From: Halobacteriovorax sp.
GTDB lineage: Bacteria; Bdellovibrionota; Bacteriovoracia; Bacteriovoracales; Bacteriovoracaceae
NCBI RefSeq assembly: GCF_041587335.1
Contig: NZ_JBFGYP010000002.1
Location: 3,928 to 67,927, forward strand
DNA length: 64,000 bases
Direction of reading: 5' to 3'
The translations under genes and the position numbers were made by a program. How positions within the stretch are numbered: position 1 is the stretch's first letter; every line of letters begins with the position of its first letter. Shown here one piece after another: positions 9,422-18,324 of this stretch. The notes below the pieces were generated by a model. The model had not been told where the DNA came from. It saw only the letters and a program-made list of their open reading frames with translations, and searched no databases.

Positions 9422-10776
9422 GTAATTATGAGTCGACTCAGAGTATCTACGACTTTCTTATAGCTTGGTAAGTGAAATTCATTATATAATCGATTAATAA
9501 TAAGTTTTCTAACTGCAATATCTTTTAAATCCTCTATTTTTTCCTCTAATACATAGTAGGCATACTTCTCAACTACAATAAAGACTATCGCCATAGGAGA
9601 AATATTCGATGAGTAGTTCTCTACAAAACCAACTCCTGTAGAAACTCCATGATGTTGCTTAATTAAAATATCTAGCCCAGAGGGAGTTTTCGGATAAGAC
9701 TGAATTAGGTTTGCTGCCATATTAGCATGATTTAAAACAAGGTCTCCTGCAGAAATATCGAGGTTTCTGGTATCTGAGTTTTGAAATATTTTTAAGTGAG
9801 CTTCTTTTCGGAGGTAAATATCATGAAAGAAGCTTAGGTATGTCATTTTCTCTAATTGATTATTTAATTGATCCCCACTTCCCCAGTTCATAAAAGGAGA
9901 AATCTCACGGCATAAAGCAGAAATCAAGTAGTTTCGCTTATAAGCGTAGCTACCTTTATTCTCTAGTATATCCCTCAATAAAGAAGACAGCTCTTTATGA
10001 GCTTCAATTGATTTAGACATCACTGCTATCGCAATATTTGAAAGTCTAACAGTTTGTTCTGTAACCCCTACGGCATCGACTAAATTTTGACTTATACTAT
10101 ATGTTTCAGAGTTTATTTCATGAATACTCTTGCCACTCTTAGCAACCTTCACAATTTTCTCTAAAGACTGATGAAGTAATTCATCTAAAAGGTGTGAATG
10201 ATCTTCTTTCTTTATATAGAAATTCTCAATCAGGTTATCTTCATATTTTTGAATAACCTTATGATCAATTACATCTCCACGATTTATTCTTTTGATGTAC
10301 CTTTCTTCATCTTTAGAATCTAATTTAATGTAGATGTCAGATGAAGCAGTATCCATTAAATGAAAATTCTGAATTGCCATTGGAACATAATCAGGTAACT
10401 TCATGAGTCTTAATTGCTCTGGAGTAATCTTCAATGATTTTATAATCAATCTTTTAAGCTCTTCAATTCTAAAGCGATCAGGTAATAACTCATAGCCACC
10501 AGAAGGAAATTCAAAATCTCCAAGGATTATGACAGGTACTTTTGAGCGAATATCGTAAAGGTGATTCATTATAATATTTGCTATATTTATAACTTCACCG
10601 TCAATCTCATAACTATTTCTAATGATTATAAGATCTGGTCTTTCCCTATCAATTAACTCTTTTGAGTCAAATGGTCTGAAGCAGCTTAATATTTTGGCAT
10701 CAAAATCCAAACCTAGACTCTCTCCGAGAAGCCTTAGAACTCTTTCATTTGATTCAATTAGTAATAATTTTAACAT
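9418..10776 (-). CDS. degenerate receiver domain fused to an HD/HD-GYP-like domain
   Basis: N-terminal CheY-like fold lacking a phospho-Asp at the expected site (PDLIIIRNSYE). C-terminal FFHDIYL (HD) and KQHHGVSTGVGF in place of the HHE...GYP region. Confidence 0.65.
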   Translation of the reverse strand: MLKLLLIESNERVLRLLGESLGLDFDAKILSCFRPFDSKELIDRERPDLIIIRNSYEIDGEVINIANIIMNHLYDIRSKVPVIILGDFEFPSGGYELLPDRFRIEELKRLIIKSLKITPEQLRLMKLPDYVPMAIQNFHLMDTASSDIYIKLDSKDEERYIKRINRGDVIDHKVIQKYEDNLIENFYIKKEDHSHLLDELLHQSLEKIVKVAKSGKSIHEINSETYSISQNLVDAVGVTEQTVRLSNIAIAVMSKSIEAHKELSSLLRDILENKGSYAYKRNYLISALCREISPFMNWGSGDQLNNQLEKMTYLSFFHDIYLRKEAHLKIFQNSDTRNLDISAGDLVLNHANMAANLIQSYPKTPSGLDILIKQHHGVSTGVGFVENYSSNISPMAIVFIVVEKYAYYVLEEKIEDLKDIAVRKLIINRLYNEFHLPSYKKVVDTLSRLIIT

Positions 10777-10839
10777 ATTAGTATTATAGTATACTTCTGT
10801 GTCGATAAATATTCATTTTATCTAAATTATTGTAATAGA

Positions 10840-11898
10840 ATGCTAAATATGAACTTTATTAGAAAAAGCAAAGACCTACATCAAAAACATCCAAATATAC
10901 TAATCGCAGTATTCTTTATTTCTGGCTTTCTTTTCGATATTTTCACTCTAGGCCAAGTGGATGAATTTGGTAATTTTGTGGGTCATTCTATATATCTAAG
11001 CATGCTTATTTTGGCATTCTTAAGTATTGATAAAGAATACAAAAGAGAATTCACCCAGAAGCTCTCTATATATCAAAAAGATATATTTCACTTTCTTGCG
11101 GGTGGGCTGCTAAGTGGTTTCGCAATATTCTTTTTCAAAAGTAGTTCCCTGTCTACATCGGGAATATTTATACTATTAATCCTTTTACTTCTTTTAGCAA
11201 ATGAATCTCCAAAATTTCAAGAAAGAGGAATGTTGATAAAATTAAGCCTCGTTCAGTTTTGTATCTCTGCTTACTTTATTATTTATATACCTGTCTTAGT
11301 TGGAGTAATGAATGTTTCAGTATTTCTTTTGACCCTTGCGGTAGCAACAGTAGTTCTTCCTATAGTATTAAATAGACTAAACCACCCTGCTAAGAATGAA
11401 TCTAAGTTAATTGCATTTGCACTAAGTATATTTTTAATAGTGGGTTACTTCTCAAATCTACTTCCACCAGTTCCACTCAGTGTTAAAAAGATTGGAGTTT
11501 ACCAAAATATTGAAAAGCAAGGAGATGATTATCATCTTTACCGAGAGAAATCCTTCTATGATTACTTTGGACTTCAGAGTACAAATTTTAATTTTTTGCC
11601 AGGAGATAAAGTCTACGTCTTTGCTCGAATATTCGCCCCTAGAGGACTTAAAGATAAACTCTATATTCAATGGGAGAAATGGGATAAGAGATGGAAAGTA
11701 AGTGATAGAATCTCTCTTACAATCAAGGGAGGAAACTCTTGGGGCTATAGGGCCTATACCTATAAGCAAAACTACACTCCAGGACTGTGGAGAGCTAAGG
11801 TTATGAGTTCTGACAATAGAGAGATTTCTCGAATAGATTTTACTATTACTCCGTCGACAAGTGACAAGAGAGAATTAATCAAAGAAATAGAAAACTAG
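10840..11898 (+). CDS. multi-pass membrane protein with beta-rich C-terminal domain (DUF2914-like)
   Basis: About 6 TM helices, then a soluble domain (GYRAYTYKQNYTPGLWRAKVMSSDNREISRIDFTI) resembling DUF2914, from memory. Confidence 0.55.
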   Translation: MLNMNFIRKSKDLHQKHPNILIAVFFISGFLFDIFTLGQVDEFGNFVGHSIYLSMLILAFLSIDKEYKREFTQKLSIYQKDIFHFLAGGLLSGFAIFFFKSSSLSTSGIFILLILLLLLANESPKFQERGMLIKLSLVQFCISAYFIIYIPVLVGVMNVSVFLLTLAVATVVLPIVLNRLNHPAKNESKLIAFALSIFLIVGYFSNLLPPVPLSVKKIGVYQNIEKQGDDYHLYREKSFYDYFGLQSTNFNFLPGDKVYVFARIFAPRGLKDKLYIQWEKWDKRWKVSDRISLTIKGGNSWGYRAYTYKQNYTPGLWRAKVMSSDNREISRIDFTITPSTSDKRELIKEIEN

Positions 11899-11983
11899 TG
11901 CCATAAAGTCCTTGGTTTCAATATATCCCCCATGCGCAGCGCAGCTTTTACCTGATTATACACAAAATTAAACGGCATACATT

Positions 11984-12388
11984 TTGCTAAGTATTACTCA
12001 CGACTATTTAAAACGAGTAAAACTAGTGTCAAAAAGAATTCTGATTATATTATCTCTAATCTTTTGTTTTTCAACCAAAGGATCTATCTCTAAGGACCTG
12101 AAGCTACAGGTCTCTCTTGAGCAAATAAATGTGAAAATAACAAAGAGTTTCTCTATACGTGTGAACTCAATAAATCAAATTACATTGAATATATCTAAGA
12201 ATGTCTCTATGGAAGATATCTACTTAGAAAGAAGCAATGGAACATTTTTTAAATTAGATGTTGCTAAAATTAAGGGAAAAACAAAGGTTCACTGGGAACT
12301 AGATGACCAACATATAAAAACTATCACCTTCACAGCAAGAACAAACTCTACAGATAGTAATCATGTAGAATTTGCTCTGAAGAAGTGA
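11984..12388 (+). CDS. hypothetical secreted protein
   Basis: ORF opens at TTG. An in-frame GTG at 12026 would give a signal peptide (SKRILIILSLIFCFS). No recognisable domain. Confidence 0.4.
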   Translation: MLSITHDYLKRVKLVSKRILIILSLIFCFSTKGSISKDLKLQVSLEQINVKITKSFSIRVNSINQITLNISKNVSMEDIYLERSNGTFFKLDVAKIKGKTKVHWELDDQHIKTITFTARTNSTDSNHVEFALKK

Positions 12389-12389
12389 A

Positions 12390-13202
12390 TTAAATTTCTT
12401 TTCTTGAAAAGAGTAGTCCAAAAAGTGAAAAGAGAATGACGAATGCTACAAAGTAGTGACCAAAGAAGGCCAAACTACTTATATCAAAGTCTACTCCTTC
12501 AAGGAATCGTTTTGAGTAGCTATCCATCTCTTGCATTCGAGGAAAGAAGAAATAGAAAAATAAATTAATGACTTTAAATACCGAAAGATCCGCAAATAGT
12601 TTATCTGGACCTAAGCTCATAAGATAAGAGCCCGTTGCTGCAGTGTAAGTTCTAAAAACCATAAGAATTATAAATGAGAATAGCTTTGGAATATATAACG
12701 ATATAAATGCAGAAAGTGTTATAAGAGTTAACATATTTGCACCCATCGAAATAGTCGCCAGAAAAAGAGATCCATTTATAAATGTTCCAGAACTTGTAAG
12801 CGAAAACATCAAAATAGTATAGCCAATCGAGAACAAAAAGAAGATGAGAGCAATAATCCAAGCTCCAAAGACTCTAGCAATTAAGAACTCTATCCTCTTG
12901 ATAGGAAAAGCTAAGATTTGAGATATTGAGGATGACTCAAAGTCAGATTTTATACAATTTAAACCTAGTATTATTGAAGTAACAGTAGAAATTGCTGATA
13001 TGGCCAAGAACATTATAAAAAAGCCCTTATCACCAATTTGAGCTCCCTCTGTAATGTTAAAGTTTTTATTTATAAAGTCTAACAACATTGTAGAAAGCGT
13101 AATTACACCCAGAGTGAAAATAAAAATAAAGAGTAGTGCCTTATTTCTATATTCTTTAGCTATAGTATTTTCAGTTAATATTTTAATTATACCTAAGTTC
13201 AT
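12390..13202 (-). CDS. ABC-2 type transporter permease
   Basis: Six hydrophobic helices. 1-nt overlap with the upstream ABC ATPase gene. Confidence 0.7.
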   Translation of the reverse strand: MNLGIIKILTENTIAKEYRNKALLFIFIFTLGVITLSTMLLDFINKNFNITEGAQIGDKGFFIMFLAISAISTVTSIILGLNCIKSDFESSSISQILAFPIKRIEFLIARVFGAWIIALIFFLFSIGYTILMFSLTSSGTFINGSLFLATISMGANMLTLITLSAFISLYIPKLFSFIILMVFRTYTAATGSYLMSLGPDKLFADLSVFKVINLFFYFFFPRMQEMDSYSKRFLEGVDFDISSLAFFGHYFVAFVILFSLFGLLFSRKEI

Positions 13203-13909
13203 TAGACATCCTTCACTAATTTATAAAAGTAATCTTCTAAGCTAGCACCTGAGAGAAGCTCACCCATTTTGCCACTGACTAAAACTTTACCTTTATCTAA
13301 AATCGCCATTGAATCACATATCTTTTCCATCTCAGATAAAATATGTGAATTAATGAATACTGTTCTCTCACTATCACTAGCAAGCTTAGCAATAATATCT
13401 TTTAGCTCTTTAATAGCTAGAGGATCTAGACCAGAAAATGGCTCATCTAAAATAATGAGCTGATTGTCTGAAACAAGTAATGTTGCAATACCTGTTCTTT
13501 GTAACTGTCCTTTAGATATAGAATCGAGTTTTTTTGTAGATATTTCTGCAACACCAACCTTATCAAGTGCCTCTAGAGTTTTATCCCTTAGTTCAGAACC
13601 TTTTAACCCATTCATTTTACCAAAGAACTCAACACAGCCATAAACAGTGTAATAATTATGAAAAGAAAACTTCTCAGGAAGGTAGCCTACACCAACCCTA
13701 CTTTCAGCATCAGAGACTTCCTTACCTCTCAAAAGTAATTTACCTTCAGAAAGGTGAACTAGACCCAATAGCGATTTAACAAAAGTCGTTTTCCCTGCTC
13801 CGTTTGGACCAAGAAGAGCAAAGACCTCTCCTTTCTTAACACTTAAACTAACATTATCTAGGGCAAGATATTTTCCATACTTCTTAGAAATACTTTCCGC
13901 AACAATCAT
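13202..13909 (-). CDS. ABC transporter ATP-binding protein
   Basis: Walker A GPNGAGKTT, signature LSKGQLQR, Walker B LIILDEPFSGLD. Confidence 0.9.
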   Translation of the reverse strand: MIVAESISKKYGKYLALDNVSLSVKKGEVFALLGPNGAGKTTFVKSLLGLVHLSEGKLLLRGKEVSDAESRVGVGYLPEKFSFHNYYTVYGCVEFFGKMNGLKGSELRDKTLEALDKVGVAEISTKKLDSISKGQLQRTGIATLLVSDNQLIILDEPFSGLDPLAIKELKDIIAKLASDSERTVFINSHILSEMEKICDSMAILDKGKVLVSGKMGELLSGASLEDYFYKLVKDV

Positions 13910-14302
13910 TTAATTATCCCTCGAGCTATCTAGAGGTGTTGGCTTTCCATCTTTATCAATTCTTACGTATGTAAATTGGCCTTCAGTTACCTTTACTCTC
14001 TCGCTCTTAAATCTTTTAATTACAAAAACTTCAATTTTAATACTGAGAGACGTTCTCCCTTTTTTAGTTAATTCGGAATAACAGCACACAATATCGCCAA
14101 CATGTACTGGAGAATGAAATACCATTGAATCAACTGCAACAGTAACAACTCGACCACCGCACTGACGCATGGCAAATATACTTCCTGCAATATCCATTTG
14201 AGACATTAACCAACCACCAAAGATATCTCCATTTGGGTTAGTATCTGCGGGCATTGCCATAGTTCTAAGAGATAATTCTCCCTTATTTTCATCATTAGAC
14301 AT
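13910..14302 (-). CDS. yciA: acyl-CoA thioesterase, YciA-type hotdog fold
   Basis: LRTMAMPADTNPNGDIFGGWLMSQMD and VGDIVCCY closely follow E. coli YciA as I recall it. No gap to the downstream ABC ATPase gene. Confidence 0.85.
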   Translation of the reverse strand: MSNDENKGELSLRTMAMPADTNPNGDIFGGWLMSQMDIAGSIFAMRQCGGRVVTVAVDSMVFHSPVHVGDIVCCYSELTKKGRTSLSIKIEVFVIKRFKSERVKVTEGQFTYVRIDKDGKPTPLDSSRDN

Positions 14303-14321
14303 AAGTTCCTCGTCGTAAAAG

Positions 14322-17300
14322 TTGAGACAGTTTCTAGTTAATATGGTATCAAATCCTGTGAGTTTTTCTAATAAATGTGCCTATTACTTTAACAATAATC
14401 AAAGAAAAATTGGAGATTCTCTCCTTTCTAGTAAGTTAATACGCATTTTTCATTCACAAGCTAACGAAATTAAAGCATATACGCTCTCCGATAAGATACA
14501 TAATATATCATTAGAATGGGTACAGTTAAAATCATATCAAGCAATAAAAGCAAGTTGCGACTGTAATGAGTTCCAAATAACCGAGTCCTGCCCTCACCTT
14601 TGGGCAGTGATAAAGGCAACAGATCATGAACAGTTTCCTCAGATGGGACAGTCCCTAGATAAGATAGACTTTATTAGTTCATTCACAGATATCAATCCAT
14701 TTGAGCAAAATAGAATAGATGTTTTAGATAAACTTAACCATGCCTTTGAAAAGCAAAAAATTGAACTTGAAACTCAATATAGTTTAGAAGAAGAGAAAGA
14801 AAAGAAACTAGGTTTCAAATTATTTGAAACCTATCCCATGCAAAATGGATTACTTAGAATAGACTTCACGATTGACAACAAAGTAGTTCAAGTTACCGAT
14901 AAGCTTATTGAAGGACTCTCAAGTTCTGATAAAGGACTAGTAGAGATTTTTCGAAGAATGACTACCGTTCAATCTAAAACGTATTGGCAAAGAAAAAATA
15001 TTCGAGGAAAAAATTCATTTTTTGAAATTCCTTACGAGAGTTTAGACTATTTACTTCCACTAATAATAGATTGCACACTAATAGATATATCTAATAATAA
15101 GCTCAAGTTTAACTCTAAAGAGTTATTAATAGCTCATAGTAAACTAGAGGACTCTACTGATTGGGAATTTATCCCCTATTTCAACTTCAATGGAGAAATA
15201 CTAAATATTGAAGAAGTAAAAATGATTGAAGGACTTGACCTTGCTCTATTTAAGAATCAAGTTTTAAAGGTAAATTATAGAGGATTAAAGCCACTTTTTA
15301 ATGAGTACTTAAGTGGTAAGACAAAATTCAACAAAGAGCAGCTGCCAAAGAAGGAGTTGAAAAGCTTTATTACAAAGCACCCTAATCTTGCAAACGTAGA
15401 AATCCCAAAAAGTATAAAGATTGATAGAGAAGAGATTGACCCTATTATTAGAATGAATTTAGATATCTCATCGGGACCTATTGGTACAGTGATCTGGGCC
15501 CAAATAATTTCAACATTTGAAGAGAATTGGCACTCTCCACTTAGCCCTCTTCCTCTTGATCAAATTGACCAGCGTATATTGAGGGTAAAGAACACTACTA
15601 AAGAAGAAGAGCTCCTTAGTTTAATTGCCACAACACTAAACTTAAATCTAAAAAATAAAGACTTTAGTAGAAAAATTGAAATCACAGCTGATGATTTTAA
15701 CAATAGAATATCTAAGCTCATTGAGAATAAAATAGAAATCTTTGCTAAGAATAAAAGAGTATCAGTCCCTAGAAGTATGGGTATAACACTTAAAACAGAA
15801 GATGACTGGTTTGAAGTAAAATCAAATCTGGAATTTGATGAAGAAAGCTTTCATACTCCTCAGATACTTGCGATGGCAAAAGACTCACAGGCACTCATTC
15901 CATTGAAGAATGGAGAGCTAGGCCTAGCTCCACTTGATTGGCTACAGAGGCATTTAAGATTAGAACATATGAGTTATATGGCTGATGAAAAAGTCATGCT
16001 AGCAAAGGATCATGTGCTCTACATGGATCTTCTCTTTGAAGAAAAACTACTTGAAACAGATACACCAAGTTACAGTACTCTTTTAACAAATCTAAAAAGT
16101 GCCAAGTCAGCTCCTGAGAAAGAAATTCCTAAGTCATTTAATGGAGAACTAAGAGACTACCAAAAGCAAGGGGTGGAATGGCTCAACTTTATAGACTCTC
16201 TCTCATTGGGAGGGTGTCTAGCTGACGAAATGGGTCTAGGAAAGACAGTTCAAATATTGTGTCACCTAGAAATACTGAGAACTCAAGGAAGAACAAAACA
16301 TCTAATTATTGTTCCTAAGTCTTTGATACATAACTGGAAAAAAGAAGTAGCAAAATTTTGTCCAAAAATGACTACAGTTGTCTATGAAGGACAAAGAGAA
16401 TCAAGAATAAAACTACTTGAACAAGATTTTGATATCATGTTTTGTACTTATGGAATTACTCGTAATGACTATGAAATACTTAGAGAAACAAGATTCGACA
16501 CGATTATTTTAGATGAGGCCCAGCATATAAAAAATGAATCCTCACTCACTTCAAAAAGTGTTCTACTACTTAATTCGAAAAGTCGCTTCATCGTAACAGG
16601 GACTCCTATTGAGAATAGTTTAAGTGAACTATTCACTTTATTTAGGTTCTTATCGCCAAAAGTTTTCAATCAGCAAAAAATATCAAAAGAAAACTTAACC
16701 GATGGAAATGAAAGTGTTGTTGAAAATATATTAAAAGGTTTAAGGCCTCTAATTCTTCGAAGACTAAAGAAAGATGTTTTAAAAGACCTACCAGATAAAA
16801 ATGAGTCAATTCTTCCAGTTTCACTATCAAACGATCAAACTAAAATCTATAATGAGTTAAAAGAGCACTATAGAACTAAGTTAATGGATAAAGTTCAAAA
16901 AGTTGGAATAAAGAAGAGTAAGGTGCATATACTAGAAGCTCTCCTCAGACTCAGACAAGCGGCTTGCCACCCAGGACTAATCAATCCACTGTATAAGGAT
17001 AGTGAAAGCTCGAAGTTAGAAATTTTGATTGAAAAACTTAAGGTTATTTCAAAGTCAGGAGAAAAAGCTCTTGTCTTTAGTCAATTCACCCAATTTTTAA
17101 AAATTGTACAAGAAAGACTGATAAAAGAAGGCATCGAATTTTCTTACTTAGATGGTCAGACAAATAATAGAGAAGAAGTAATAGATGAGTTTAAAGAACA
17201 AGAAAATAAAACTGCTTTTCTAATCTCACTAAAAGCTGGAGGATATGGCCTAAACCTAACTGAAGCTAGATACTGTTTCCTGCTAGACCCATGGTGGAAC

Positions 17301-17513
17301 CCTGCCGTTGAAGGCCAGGCGATAGATAGAATCCACAGAATTGGTCAAAAAAGTGAAGTTTATGCCATTAAACTACTCAGTGAGAATACAGTAGAAGAAA
17401 AAATCGTAGAGATGCAAAAAAGAAAGAAGCAACTGATCGATAACCTCTTCTTCTCAAATGCAACGACTCTTAAAGACATTGACTCAAGTGATTTAGTCTT
17501 TCTCTTCTCTTAA
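14322..17513 (+). CDS. SNF2-family helicase with N-terminal SWIM zinc finger
   Basis: SWIM CxC...CxH (CDCNEFQITESCPHLW). SNF2 motifs LADEMGLGKT, DEAQHIKN, TGTPIEN, SLKAGGYGLNLT, DPWWNPAVEGQAIDRIHRIGQ. ORF opens at TTG, alternative ATG at 14343. Confidence 0.9.
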   Translation: MRQFLVNMVSNPVSFSNKCAYYFNNNQRKIGDSLLSSKLIRIFHSQANEIKAYTLSDKIHNISLEWVQLKSYQAIKASCDCNEFQITESCPHLWAVIKATDHEQFPQMGQSLDKIDFISSFTDINPFEQNRIDVLDKLNHAFEKQKIELETQYSLEEEKEKKLGFKLFETYPMQNGLLRIDFTIDNKVVQVTDKLIEGLSSSDKGLVEIFRRMTTVQSKTYWQRKNIRGKNSFFEIPYESLDYLLPLIIDCTLIDISNNKLKFNSKELLIAHSKLEDSTDWEFIPYFNFNGEILNIEEVKMIEGLDLALFKNQVLKVNYRGLKPLFNEYLSGKTKFNKEQLPKKELKSFITKHPNLANVEIPKSIKIDREEIDPIIRMNLDISSGPIGTVIWAQIISTFEENWHSPLSPLPLDQIDQRILRVKNTTKEEELLSLIATTLNLNLKNKDFSRKIEITADDFNNRISKLIENKIEIFAKNKRVSVPRSMGITLKTEDDWFEVKSNLEFDEESFHTPQILAMAKDSQALIPLKNGELGLAPLDWLQRHLRLEHMSYMADEKVMLAKDHVLYMDLLFEEKLLETDTPSYSTLLTNLKSAKSAPEKEIPKSFNGELRDYQKQGVEWLNFIDSLSLGGCLADEMGLGKTVQILCHLEILRTQGRTKHLIIVPKSLIHNWKKEVAKFCPKMTTVVYEGQRESRIKLLEQDFDIMFCTYGITRNDYEILRETRFDTIILDEAQHIKNESSLTSKSVLLLNSKSRFIVTGTPIENSLSELFTLFRFLSPKVFNQQKISKENLTDGNESVVENILKGLRPLILRRLKKDVLKDLPDKNESILPVSLSNDQTKIYNELKEHYRTKLMDKVQKVGIKKSKVHILEALLRLRQAACHPGLINPLYKDSESSKLEILIEKLKVISKSGEKALVFSQFTQFLKIVQERLIKEGIEFSYLDGQTNNREEVIDEFKEQENKTAFLISLKAGGYGLNLTEARYCFLLDPWWNPAVEGQAIDRIHRIGQKSEVYAIKLLSENTVEEKIVEMQKRKKQLIDNLFFSNATTLKDIDSSDLVFLFS

Positions 17514-17577
17514 TTTCCCCCTTTTTCAAACTCTAATTCTAGATTAAAATAATTAAGTATCAAATTCTGAGGACCTT

Positions 17578-18324
17578 ATGAAAGTAAACGAAAAACTTGT
17601 TGATCTAACAAAAGCTGCAACAATATCTATAGTATTCACATTACTAATGTCTATTGGCTTTCACTTTACAAGCACTGGTCTATTCCATAGGATCTTTATT
17701 CTACTGGGGGGTAATTTCCTTGGAGGTGGTTACATTCAATGTTTAACCTATATTGCCTTCTTTTGGGCCTTCTTTGAGATTAGATTACTTCTAAGTAAAA
17801 TAAAAAATGAAAATAAAGCATTTAAAACAAAGCTACTACCTACTGGAGAAAAGCACTTAATTATTCCTTCGGAAATTAGCGATCTTCACCTGAAAGTTAC
17901 ATCACTAGATAAGAAGAAAGAACTTCTTCTATTTAGGATGATAACAAAAGCATGCCTGAAGTTTAGGGCCACGAAATCAATTCCGGAGATGATTGAAATA
18001 ATAAGTATTCAGACAGATATAAATAAAGAACTATCAGAGTCAGATCAATCAAACATTAGATATCTAACGTGGGTTATCCCATCGATAGGGTTTGTAGGAA
18101 CTGTACTGGGTATATCCCAGGCCTTAATGATTGCAAATAGCGGTGATATGGAGTTAATAACAGCAACACTGGGTGTGGCCTTCGACACAACTTTAGTAAG
18201 CCTACTACTTAGTATAATCATAATGTGGTTCTATCATAATCTTCTAAAAGAGAATGACTTACTTCACGCCAAAATAAAAGAGCACGTAATAGAGAATTTA
18301 ATCAACAGAATTGAGATAGAATAA
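17578..18324 (+). CDS. MotA/TolQ/ExbB-family proton-channel protein (small, about 4 TM)
   Basis: C-terminal channel signature IPSIGFVGTVLGISQAL...ATLGVAFDTTLVSLLLSIIIMWF. SD GAGGA upstream of the ATG. Stop overlaps the next start (TAATG). Confidence 0.8.
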   Translation: MKVNEKLVDLTKAATISIVFTLLMSIGFHFTSTGLFHRIFILLGGNFLGGGYIQCLTYIAFFWAFFEIRLLLSKIKNENKAFKTKLLPTGEKHLIIPSEISDLHLKVTSLDKKKELLLFRMITKACLKFRATKSIPEMIEIISIQTDINKELSESDQSNIRYLTWVIPSIGFVGTVLGISQALMIANSGDMELITATLGVAFDTTLVSLLLSIIIMWFYHNLLKENDLLHAKIKEHVIENLINRIEIE

